From a virus: a DNA stretch of 64,000 bases. The notes under the pieces are model-generated. The model saw nothing but the letters and a program-made list of their open reading frames with translations, had not been told where the DNA came from and did not search any database. Every line of letters starts with the position of its first letter. Position 1 is the stretch's first letter. This document shows positions 48,131-55,759 of this stretch, piece by piece. Location of the stretch: the IMG/VR virus record IMGVR_UViG_3300047552_000255, positions 4,138 through 68,137 of that record. One strand, given 5' to 3'. Made by a program: the position numbers and the translations under genes.

Positions 48131-48781
48131 ATGGATGAACAAACCAAAGCAGACCTGATAACAGCAGCCAACCTGCTGATCAAAGCACCTAACGCGCACA
48201 GTCTATTTCAGACCATGCTGGACACAGCACCACTGATGGCCCGGCACAAGGAGTTGCGCCTGACCGGGGATGCTGCGGCGCTCAATCCGCTGGCGCTACT
48301 CAAGGTAGCTCAACCCGATGTGTACGACGGGGTCATCGAGCTGGTGGAGCGCAAGCGAGCCGAGGCCGGGTACGAACCACTGGAGACGGCACAGGACGAC
48401 AAGTTCGACAAGTCAGCCTACATGCAACTGTTCATGGAGCAGAAGCGACTGCGCCAGCGCAGGGCGGCGGACGTCGAGAACTTACAGCGTGCTGACCGGG
48501 ACAAACTGGTGGGCCGGGCCCGACTCGACTTCATGCAGCGACAGTCAGCTCTCTGGAAGACAGAGCGAGACGCGTTCCTACAACGAGCCCGAGAAGCTGC
48601 GGCACCGAGGCGACTGAAGAAGGACGACATCGCGCTGGTACTGGAGACGTTCTGGAAGAAGGTTGACGAGCGGCTCGACGCACTGGAAGACGCAGCCCGT
48701 AGTGGTAGACACAGCGGCAGCAGAGGTGCTGCATCGCTGGCGGAACTCGAAGCAGTTCTGCGCCACGATCCTTACAAATAA
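48131..48781 (+). CDS. Hypothetical protein (216 aa), moron-like
   Basis: Own AT-rich upstream region and GGAG RBS; FDK..YM..FM..KR.R motif. Confidence 0.7.
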   Translation: MDEQTKADLITAANLLIKAPNAHSLFQTMLDTAPLMARHKELRLTGDAAALNPLALLKVAQPDVYDGVIELVERKRAEAGYEPLETAQDDKFDKSAYMQLFMEQKRLRQRRAADVENLQRADRDKLVGRARLDFMQRQSALWKTERDAFLQRAREAAAPRRLKKDDIALVLETFWKKVDERLDALEDAARSGRHSGSRGAASLAELEAVLRHDPYK

Positions 48782-48812
48782 AAAAAAACGCCCCGCCGGT
48801 TAAGGCGAGGCG
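48781..48812 (-). terminator. Intrinsic terminator oriented on the minus strand
   Basis: Minus strand reads CGCCTCGCC-TTAACC-GGCGGGGCG-TTTTTTTT. Confidence 0.7.
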
Positions 48813-48932
48813 AATCCCAACTAACAAAGGATGACCGGGAGAAACCAAACAACCGATCACGAATAGTCTATCACACCTCGGGTCGGTGCTAACACGTTAA
48901 CGAAATACCGTGCGATATGGCACAATAACCCC

Positions 48933-49607
48933 ATGACAAAAGGAATCCTACCGTGGTCTTACAGCAGCTTGACTGCCTTCGAGACATGCCCACGACGCTT
49001 CAAGCTAACCCGCATCACCAAAGAAGTGGTGGAGGCGCAGACTGAGGCCACACTGCATGGCAACGAAGTGCACAAGGCACTGGAGAACCACCTCAACGGT
49101 GACAAGCACCTGCCAGACAAGTACGCGGACTATCTGCCTCTGGTGGAGCGCGTTAAAGCCACGCCCGGCAAGCGGTTAGTCGAGTACAAGTTCGCACTAA
49201 CGCAGTCGTTCAAGCCCACCACGTTCTTCGCAAAGGATGCTTGGGTGCGCGGAGTGATCGACGTTGGTGTGGTGCAGCCGACGCACGCCATCGTGCTGGA
49301 CTGGAAGACGGGCAAGCCCAAGGACGACCACGACCAGCTCAAGTTGTTCGCAGCTACTGCGTTCGCCACTCACCCGTTCGTTGAGACGGTGAAGACAGGC
49401 TACGTCTGGCTGGCGCACAACAAGATCGACTCGAAAGAATTTACCAAGGACGACGTCGCTGGAATCTGGCAGGAGTTCCTGCCCAGAGTGACGAGACTGA
49501 CTAAGGCAGCAGAGAAGGACAACTTCCCGCCGAAGCCATCGGGGCTGTGCACCAAGTGGTGCCCGGTGACCAAAGATCAATGTGAGTTTTCAGGAAGGAT
49601 TAAGTGA
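48933..49607 (+). CDS. PD-(D/E)XK (Cas4/RecB-like) exonuclease
   Basis: WSYSSL..F..CP, G..VH.ALE, RG.ID, DWKTGK, QL..FA and C.KWCP. Confidence 0.88.
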   Translation: MTKGILPWSYSSLTAFETCPRRFKLTRITKEVVEAQTEATLHGNEVHKALENHLNGDKHLPDKYADYLPLVERVKATPGKRLVEYKFALTQSFKPTTFFAKDAWVRGVIDVGVVQPTHAIVLDWKTGKPKDDHDQLKLFAATAFATHPFVETVKTGYVWLAHNKIDSKEFTKDDVAGIWQEFLPRVTRLTKAAEKDNFPPKPSGLCTKWCPVTKDQCEFSGRIK

Positions 49608-49780
49608 TGTTTCCACTAGCATCCATGACACACGAGGAGCTGATTTTGTTTTTGCAGACACGCGGCAACATGACCGATGCCGAAGCCACGCTGCTGGATC
49701 GCCTGATCATGGCGATGGATGAGGTCGAAGCCCTGTCCAAGCAGGTGCGCGATCAGTCTGACTTGTTGCTGAGCTGCTGA
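49607..49780 (+). CDS. Hypothetical protein (57 aa), not in the ORF track
   Basis: TGATG-coupled ORF MFPLASMTHEELIL... Confidence 0.55.
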   Translation: MFPLASMTHEELILFLQTRGNMTDAEATLLDRLIMAMDEVEALSKQVRDQSDLLLSC

Positions 49781-49782
49781 TC

Positions 49783-50064
49783 ATGGGCATGACACCAGAA
49801 GGCAAGGTCAAGGCCGCAGTCAAGAAGTACCTCAAGGAGCGTGCAGTCTGGTACTGCATGCCGATGGGCACGGGCTTCGGCTCGTCCGGGGTGCCTGACT
49901 TCCTGTGCTGCAAGAACGGTCTCTTTATCGCCATCGAGACCAAGGCACCGGGCAAGCGCGGCAACACGTCGGTGTTGCAACGCCAACAGATCGACAGCAT
50001 CCACTTGGCAGGCGGCATCGCAGTCGTCATTGACGACGTTGAACAACTCAGAGGAATCGTATGA
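49783..50064 (+). CDS. VRR-NUC domain nuclease
   Basis: TPEGKVK..V..YL, G.SGVPD and F.AIE.KAPG.....LQ. Confidence 0.88.
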   Translation: MGMTPEGKVKAAVKKYLKERAVWYCMPMGTGFGSSGVPDFLCCKNGLFIAIETKAPGKRGNTSVLQRQQIDSIHLAGGIAVVIDDVEQLRGIV

Positions 50065-50279
50065 CAGCAAGATCAAGACAGGTCGGCGGCGCTCACTACG
50101 CCAAGCACAGCATCCAGCCGTGGGATGCAATGGAGCAGTGGATGTCCAACGAAGAGTTCGCGGGCTTCCTGCGCGGCAACGCGATCAAGTACCTCGCACG
50201 CTGCAAAGACAAGGGCGGCGTCGAGGATGTGAAGAAGGCCCAGCACTACATCGAGAAGCTGCTGGAAATTTTAGGCTAA
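50061..50279 (+). CDS. DUF3310 (T7 gp1.7-like) protein
   Basis: QVGG.HY...IQPWD...GN.IKY..R...KGG.ED..KA.HY. Confidence 0.88.
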   Translation: MTARSRQVGGAHYAKHSIQPWDAMEQWMSNEEFAGFLRGNAIKYLARCKDKGGVEDVKKAQHYIEKLLEILG

Positions 50280-50294
50280 CTACTAGGAGCTGCC

Positions 50295-50588
50295 ATGCCA
50301 TCGTCACCGGGTTACAAACGAGACTACAAACAGGAATGGTCTTCCGCCAAGAAGCGCGGCGAGGACACTGACAACGCGATGCGCCACCGCGCTCGCTACA
50401 AGCTGGAGAAGGAAGGCAAGGTCAAGCCCAACGACGGCAAAGACGTAGGCCACCTGACCGCTGTGAAGCGCGGAGGAACCAACTCCGACAGCAACTTGCA
50501 GGTTCAGAGTGCTGCTGCCAACCGCAGCTTCGCTCGCAACAAGGACGGCTCCATGAAGTCTGAGACGTCCAAGAAGGAACGCAAATGA
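50295..50588 (+). CDS. HNH-like small protein (degenerate active site)
   Basis: RDYK.E...R..AR......G.V...DGKDV.H....GG.N...NL.V.S...NRSF.R. Confidence 0.7.
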   Translation: MPSSPGYKRDYKQEWSSAKKRGEDTDNAMRHRARYKLEKEGKVKPNDGKDVGHLTAVKRGGTNSDSNLQVQSAAANRSFARNKDGSMKSETSKKERK

Positions 50589-50842
50589 CCAAGACCGAGA
50601 TCGCGCTGCTGGCGGTGTACCGCATGCCCGCCGTGCGGCTTGATGACATCTGCGAGAAGTACCTGAACATGACACCGAGGCACGCCAACGAGCGTGCGGC
50701 CATGAACATGCTGGGCATCCCGACGTTCCGCATTGGGGTGTCGCGCAAGGCCCCGCGCATGGTGCACATCGAGGACTTGGCGCGGTTCATCGACGCCAGT
50801 GCAGCCACTGCAAAGCAGGACTGGGAAACTTCGCAGGTGTGA
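50585..50842 (+). CDS. PrtN-family (pyocin activator-like) protein, probable excisionase
   Basis: T...LLA.Y..P.V.L..IC..Y......P.FR...S.KAP..VH..DLA.FID; next to attP and int. Confidence 0.8.
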   Translation: MTKTEIALLAVYRMPAVRLDDICEKYLNMTPRHANERAAMNMLGIPTFRIGVSRKAPRMVHIEDLARFIDASAATAKQDWETSQV

Positions 50843-50884
50843 CACCAGTGCGCCAACACGGCGCTAGCCCGCATTAAACTTAAC

Positions 50885-50915
50885 AATCCGTCCAATCCAT
50901 CATCGGGGCAACACT
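50885..50915 (-). other. attP core matching the 5' end of dusA (tRNA-dihydrouridine synthase A)
   Basis: Minus strand GTTGCCCCGATGATGGATTGGACGGAT encodes VAPMMDWTD, the conserved DusA N-terminal motif. Lies between the prtN-like gene and int. Confidence 0.85.
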
Positions 50916-51010
50916 TACACGATGTAAGTCTGAAATGGATGTTTCACGAGGTGTTCCACGGTCAGTTGGCTTACACATTGTTAGTTTTAATCCGGTATAT
51001 TGCGCTATAC

Positions 51011-51061
51011 TTTGTGACGGTAATTGTGACGATCCCAACTTGTCACACCGCTTGTCACACA
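51011..51061. promoter_or_regulatory. Putative integrase arm-type sites
   Basis: TTGTGACG x2 then TTGTCACAC x2 (inverted relation); related GTGTGACAC at about 50837. Confidence 0.6.
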
Positions 51062-51071
51062 GGAGAACCAC

Positions 51072-52130
51072 ATGGCAGTAATACGAGAAAGAGCAGGCAA
51101 CTATCAGGCCATCGTCCGGGTCAAAGTGGACGGCCACCTGTACAAGGAAGCCCGCACGTTCCGCACGGAGCGACTCGCCAAGGACTGGGCCAGCCGACTG
51201 GAAGCTGACCTCAAGGTCAATGGCGTTGCGCAACGCGTGAAGGGTAACACCACACTGGGCAGCTTGCTCTTGATGTACCTCGAAGCGCTCAACGCAGTCA
51301 AGCCGGTGCGCCGTCAGATGTCATGGGAAATCAACCGCCTTGCAGAGGAGTTCAAAGATGACAAACTCACATCCATATCTTCCAAGCGACTGGTCAACTT
51401 CGGGGTCAAGCGAGCCCAAGCCGGAGCCGCAGGAGCCACAGTCCTCCACGACCTCGCAACAGTACGAGCGTGCCTCGGCGCAGCAAAACCAATGTTCGGA
51501 ATCGCTGTTAATGCAGAGAGCGCAGAAGCTGCAATTGCAGCTCTACAACGCGTTGGAGCAGCCGCTCGAAGTAAGAGCCGCGAAAGACGCCCAACAAGCG
51601 AAGAACTGCTGGCCCTACACCGAGAGTTCGAGCGCATATCATCCCACCCCAGCACCCGCATCCCGATGGCAACGATTCTCAAAGTGGCTATCGCGTTTCC
51701 GCGCAGGCTGGGCGAGCTGATGGACATGCGCTGGGAGGACTTCACTGGCGACCAGATCATCCTGCGAGACACCAAGCACCCGGTGGCCCCGCGCACGGAG
51801 ACAGTACCAGTGCCTGAAGACGCTGCCTCAATTTTTGAGTCACTGCCCAAGATCGACGAGCGCATGCTGCCGTACAACCCGGAGTCGGTGAGCGCGTCGT
51901 TCGAGCGGGCATGCAAGCGGCTGAGCATCGAGGACTTGCGGTTTCATGATCTGCGCCACGAAGGCATCACCCGGCTGTTCGACGCGGGGCTGAGCATTCA
52001 GGAAGTCTCCATGATCTCCGGGCACAAGAGCTGGGGCATGCTCAAGCGTTACACGCACCTTGCCCCCAAGGCCATAGCTGATAAGCTGCGCGGCACGTCG
52101 CGGCTCAACGAATGGAGGGACACCCTCTAA
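51072..52130 (+). CDS. int: Tyrosine recombinase/integrase (dusA-associated type)
   Basis: R..YQA.VR N-terminus; catalytic R (PRRLGE), K (DTKHP), H..RH (FHDLRHEG), GH..W..LKRYT; AGGAG RBS. Confidence 0.92.
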   Translation: MAVIRERAGNYQAIVRVKVDGHLYKEARTFRTERLAKDWASRLEADLKVNGVAQRVKGNTTLGSLLLMYLEALNAVKPVRRQMSWEINRLAEEFKDDKLTSISSKRLVNFGVKRAQAGAAGATVLHDLATVRACLGAAKPMFGIAVNAESAEAAIAALQRVGAAARSKSRERRPTSEELLALHREFERISSHPSTRIPMATILKVAIAFPRRLGELMDMRWEDFTGDQIILRDTKHPVAPRTETVPVPEDAASIFESLPKIDERMLPYNPESVSASFERACKRLSIEDLRFHDLRHEGITRLFDAGLSIQEVSMISGHKSWGMLKRYTHLAPKAIADKLRGTSRLNEWRDTL

Positions 52131-53680
52131 TGCTAGTCATCAAGGAACACAAGAAGCTGCTGCTCAACCTCAACGACCCGGACAGGGTGACCACCGTCAT
52201 CCCCACAGCCAAGGCGGTCGAGGTCAAGGGGCACACACTGGTGTCGGTTCCCCACCGCATGGAGGAGGTGCGCGTGCTGCGCAACATGGGGTTCGACGCC
52301 CCGGCTCCGATGGGCAGCTACTACGACTGGCCGGGCATGTACAAGCCGTTCATCCATCAGAAGGTGACGGCGGAGTTTCTGACCATGAACCCCAAGTCGT
52401 TCTGCCTCAACGGCATGGGCAGCGGCAAGACCATGAGCGTGCTCTGGGCGTTCGACTACCTGAAGAAACTCGGGATGGTCAACCGCATGCTGGTGCTGGG
52501 CCCGCTGTCCACACTGGAGCGCACATGGGGCGACGAGATATTCAAGCACTTCCCCGAGCTGACATTCACCGTGCTGCACGGGACACGCGAGAAGCGGCAC
52601 AAGCTGCTGGCTAACGACTTCGACATCTACATCATCAACCACGACGGCATCAAGTCCAAGGAGACGGTGCAGTTGCTGCGCGAGCGCGAAGGACTCGACG
52701 TGATCTGCGTGGACGAGGTGGCGAGTTTCCGCAACGCATCGACCGACCGCTGGAAGTCGCTGTGGGCCATCTGCAAGGACAAGGACTGGGTCTGGGGCCT
52801 TACCGGCACGCCGACCCCCAACGCACCAACCGACGCATGGGCGCAAGTCAGGCTGATCTCCCCGACCCGAGTGCCCAAGTATTTCGGCGTGTTCCGCGAG
52901 CAGGTCATGCGCCCGCTATCCAAGTTCAAGTGGACCCCCCGCGAGGGATCGCTGGAAGTGGTACGGCAGGCCATGCAGCCGTCGGTGCGGTTCTCCCGTG
53001 AGGAGTGCATCGACTTGCCGCCGACAACGCTCATGACCCGGCAGACGGAGCTGACGCCAGAGCAGCGCACTGCGTACTACCAGATGCTGACCAAGATGAA
53101 GGTGGACTTCGCTGACGGGCAGGTGACTGCTGTGAACGAAGCGGCGAAGCTGACCAAACTCTTACAGATTGTCTGCGGTACGGCGTACACACAGGACGGC
53201 GAGGTGAGCATCCCCAGCCAGCACCGCATCAATCTGGTCAAGGAGATCATCGAAGAAGCCGGGGCCAAGGTCATCGTGTTCGTTCCCTTCACCGGGGCGC
53301 TCAACGCGGTGGCCGAGGAGATCGCCAAGGACTTCAGCGTGGAGCTGATCCACGGCGGTGTTAGCAAGACCGAGCGTGACCGCATCTTCGGAGCGTTCCA
53401 GAAGACCAAGGAGCCGAGGGTGTTAGTCGCCAACGCTGCGGCCATGAGCCACGGGCTGACACTCACGGCGGCTAACACGATAGTATGGTTCGCACCCATC
53501 AACTCGCTGGAGATTTACGAGCAGGCCAACGCCCGCATCGTGCGCCCCGGCCAGAAAATGAACACCCTGATCGTCAACATCGAAGGCTCCGACTTGGAGC
53601 GCAAGATGTACGCCCGGCTCCAGCACAAGGGCAAGATGCAGGGACTGCTGCTGGAACTTCTGAAAGGAGAAAGTGAGTGA
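52130..53680 (+). CDS. SNF2-family (SF2) helicase
   Basis: GMGSGKT, VDEVA, LTGTP.PN, HGLTLTAA and EQANARI.RPGQ; TAATG-coupled to int. Confidence 0.92.
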   Translation: MLVIKEHKKLLLNLNDPDRVTTVIPTAKAVEVKGHTLVSVPHRMEEVRVLRNMGFDAPAPMGSYYDWPGMYKPFIHQKVTAEFLTMNPKSFCLNGMGSGKTMSVLWAFDYLKKLGMVNRMLVLGPLSTLERTWGDEIFKHFPELTFTVLHGTREKRHKLLANDFDIYIINHDGIKSKETVQLLREREGLDVICVDEVASFRNASTDRWKSLWAICKDKDWVWGLTGTPTPNAPTDAWAQVRLISPTRVPKYFGVFREQVMRPLSKFKWTPREGSLEVVRQAMQPSVRFSREECIDLPPTTLMTRQTELTPEQRTAYYQMLTKMKVDFADGQVTAVNEAAKLTKLLQIVCGTAYTQDGEVSIPSQHRINLVKEIIEEAGAKVIVFVPFTGALNAVAEEIAKDFSVELIHGGVSKTERDRIFGAFQKTKEPRVLVANAAAMSHGLTLTAANTIVWFAPINSLEIYEQANARIVRPGQKMNTLIVNIEGSDLERKMYARLQHKGKMQGLLLELLKGESE

Positions 53681-53776
53681 AAGTTGTCACCCTAAATCGA
53701 AAATTTATTTCCGCCGCAGCGAAGTTAGTCTGTTAGTTATGATATACTACATATCCCAACCAAGGAGAAACCAACC

Positions 53777-54154
53777 ATGATCGACCAGATCGTTGAAAAA
53801 TACATCGCACTGCGCGACCAGAAAGCGCAGTTCAAGGCAGAGTACGAAGCCAAGGTCGCCGAGATCGAGCAAGCGCTGGATCGCATCGAGCGCCACCTGC
53901 TGGAGAAGATGCAGGAGCAGGGCCTGAAGTCAATGCCCACTGCTGCCGGAACCGCCTACATCCAACACCGCACCGCCGCCACCGTGGCCGACTGGGACTC
54001 CCTGCTGGGGTTCATCCGCCAGAACGAAGCGTGGACGATGCTGGAGAAACGTGTTAGCAAGTCAGCCGTGGAAGAGTACAAGGCGGCTAACGACGAGATG
54101 CCCCCCGGCATCAACTGGAACGAATCCATTGTTGTCAACGTAAAAAGGAGTTAA
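53777..54154 (+). CDS. Conserved phage replication-region protein (125 aa)
   Basis: YI.LRD coiled coil, V.DW..L..FI and LEKRVS.....PPGI; AAGGAG RBS. Confidence 0.75.
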   Translation: MIDQIVEKYIALRDQKAQFKAEYEAKVAEIEQALDRIERHLLEKMQEQGLKSMPTAAGTAYIQHRTAATVADWDSLLGFIRQNEAWTMLEKRVSKSAVEEYKAANDEMPPGINWNESIVVNVKRS

Positions 54155-54182
54155 CATCATCGCCCCAACTAAAGGAAACCAA

Positions 54183-54437
54183 ATGCCCAATCCTCCCATG
54201 ACCCCGGAGGCAAGGCGGGAGCTGTTAGACCACCTGACACGCGCCTGCGTCCTCTGGACTGAAGATGTAATGAAGGGCTACTTCGACGACCCCCGCGACA
54301 CCATGTCGCAACAGATGGTTCTGGAGGCATACGCCGGGGCCATCACCACAATAGCTAACCGGCTACCCAACCGCAAAGCAGTCCTGAAAACTTTTCTGAT
54401 CGAACTCCAAGACCTCGTTAACAAGGAACCAAAATGA
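54183..54437 (+). CDS. Hypothetical protein (84 aa)
   Basis: AAGGA RBS; coupled to the next gene. Confidence 0.6.
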   Translation: MPNPPMTPEARRELLDHLTRACVLWTEDVMKGYFDDPRDTMSQQMVLEAYAGAITTIANRLPNRKAVLKTFLIELQDLVNKEPK

Positions 54438-55384
54438 GCGCAATCATCCCCTTCGACGGCTCCGCCAAGCTGCCCGCCTACCTCTCCAAGCCCAACCCCC
54501 TGCTCGCCGAAATCAACCGCGACGTGGTGGGCGCTGGCCCCGCGTTTACCGTGCTCTCCATCAAGGGCAAGGTGTTCACGCTGGTTCGCGGCAGCGAGAA
54601 GAAAGTCCTGACCCGCGAGATCGACGGTGAGGAAGAAGCAGTGCAGTCGCTGCAAGTGACCGTGGTGCGGGCCAACACCAAGAGCCGCGTGTTCTACGCC
54701 AAGGCCTACACCGAGGGCGAGAGCGATGGCTCCAAGCCCACCTGCTTCAGCCACGACGGCGTTGCACCCGACCCCTCTGCTTCGGACAAGCAGTGCAAGA
54801 CCTGCCAAGGTTGCCCACAGAACGTCTGGGGCGTCAAGGACGGCAAGGGCACCGCATGCTCGGTCAACACCCGACTGGCTATGGTTGACCCCAACAACAT
54901 GGGTGAGCCGTTCCTGCTGCGCGTCCCGGCAGCATCCCGTGCTGGCTACGCCGAAGTGTGCAAGGCAGCGGCAGCTCGCAACATCCCGTACAACGCGATG
55001 GTCCTGCGTATGTCCTTCGACAAGGAAGCCCCGGCTCCCAAGCTGGTGTTCAAGATCGCAGGCCTGCTGGACGACGCGACCTACGAGAAGGTGAGCGCCC
55101 TGTACGAAGACGACCTGACCAAGGGTATCGTCGGTGTGCACGAAGCCGCCCCCGCGCTGGCTGCCCCCGAGGTAGACACGTCCGAGCTGGACGCAGCGAT
55201 TGCCGCCAAGGCAGCAGTGAAATCCGCCAAGGCCACCACGCCCAAGGCACCCGAGGTTTCCGCAGCGGACCTCGACGACGTGGTTGAGAAGCCCAAGAAG
55301 GCCGAGAAGCCCAAGGCTGAGCCTAAAGCCCCCGCAGGCCTGATGTCCGAACTGGACGCGCTGCTGGGCAACAAGGACGACTGA
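54434..55384 (+). CDS. Putative ssDNA-binding/annealing protein
   Basis: LSIKG..F, P.C.S.DG..PD, C..CP.N..G....G.AC, L.VP.AS and acidic C-terminal tail. Confidence 0.65.
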   Translation: MSAIIPFDGSAKLPAYLSKPNPLLAEINRDVVGAGPAFTVLSIKGKVFTLVRGSEKKVLTREIDGEEEAVQSLQVTVVRANTKSRVFYAKAYTEGESDGSKPTCFSHDGVAPDPSASDKQCKTCQGCPQNVWGVKDGKGTACSVNTRLAMVDPNNMGEPFLLRVPAASRAGYAEVCKAAAARNIPYNAMVLRMSFDKEAPAPKLVFKIAGLLDDATYEKVSALYEDDLTKGIVGVHEAAPALAAPEVDTSELDAAIAAKAAVKSAKATTPKAPEVSAADLDDVVEKPKKAEKPKAEPKAPAGLMSELDALLGNKDD

Positions 55385-55396
55385 CCCCCGATACGT

Positions 55397-55434
55397 CCAG
55401 CGCAAGCTGGAGCCGGAACCGTAACCGGCTTTTT
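55397..55434 (+). terminator. Double hairpin / intrinsic terminator
   Basis: CCAGC-GCAA-GCTGG followed by AGCCGG-AACCGTAA-CCGGCT-TTTT. Confidence 0.65.
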
Positions 55435-55453
55435 CCCACTCAGGAGTTTCCAG

Positions 55454-55738
55454 ATGATCGACTTTTCGGTGCCCATTAAAGCCGGGCTCACACAAACCGA
55501 ACTAGCCAAGGTGTTAGGTGTTAGCCGAGTGACGCTCAATATGTGGCTGCACGGCAAGATGAAACCGCACCGGCTGCACGCCAAGGACATCGAGAGCCGC
55601 ATGGAGCTGGTCATGCGTGCCATCAACCTCAATCTGATCCCCCCGAAACCGCGACGTGGCTCGCGTGATGCTGCCATAGCGGTCGCTGTGGAGAAGGCGA
55701 ACATCCGCCCACTGGGCGAGCTGTTGACTGAAGCGTAA
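55454..55738 (+). CDS. XRE/Cro-type HTH regulator
   Basis: AGLTQTELAKVLGVSRVTLNMWLHGK..P. Confidence 0.88.
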   Translation: MIDFSVPIKAGLTQTELAKVLGVSRVTLNMWLHGKMKPHRLHAKDIESRMELVMRAINLNLIPPKPRRGSRDAAIAVAVEKANIRPLGELLTEA

Positions 55739-55759
55739 TTTTTTCTTGTCGGGGGACAG

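Noticed and set aside
48933-49607. Cas4 as part of a CRISPR system
   Set aside because: No repeat-spacer array or other cas genes; solo Cas4-like exonucleases are normal in phage replication modules.
50880-51233. 117-aa minus-strand gene
   Set aside because: Overlaps the int start. Only the last 32 or so codons (dusA replacement 5' end) look meaningful.
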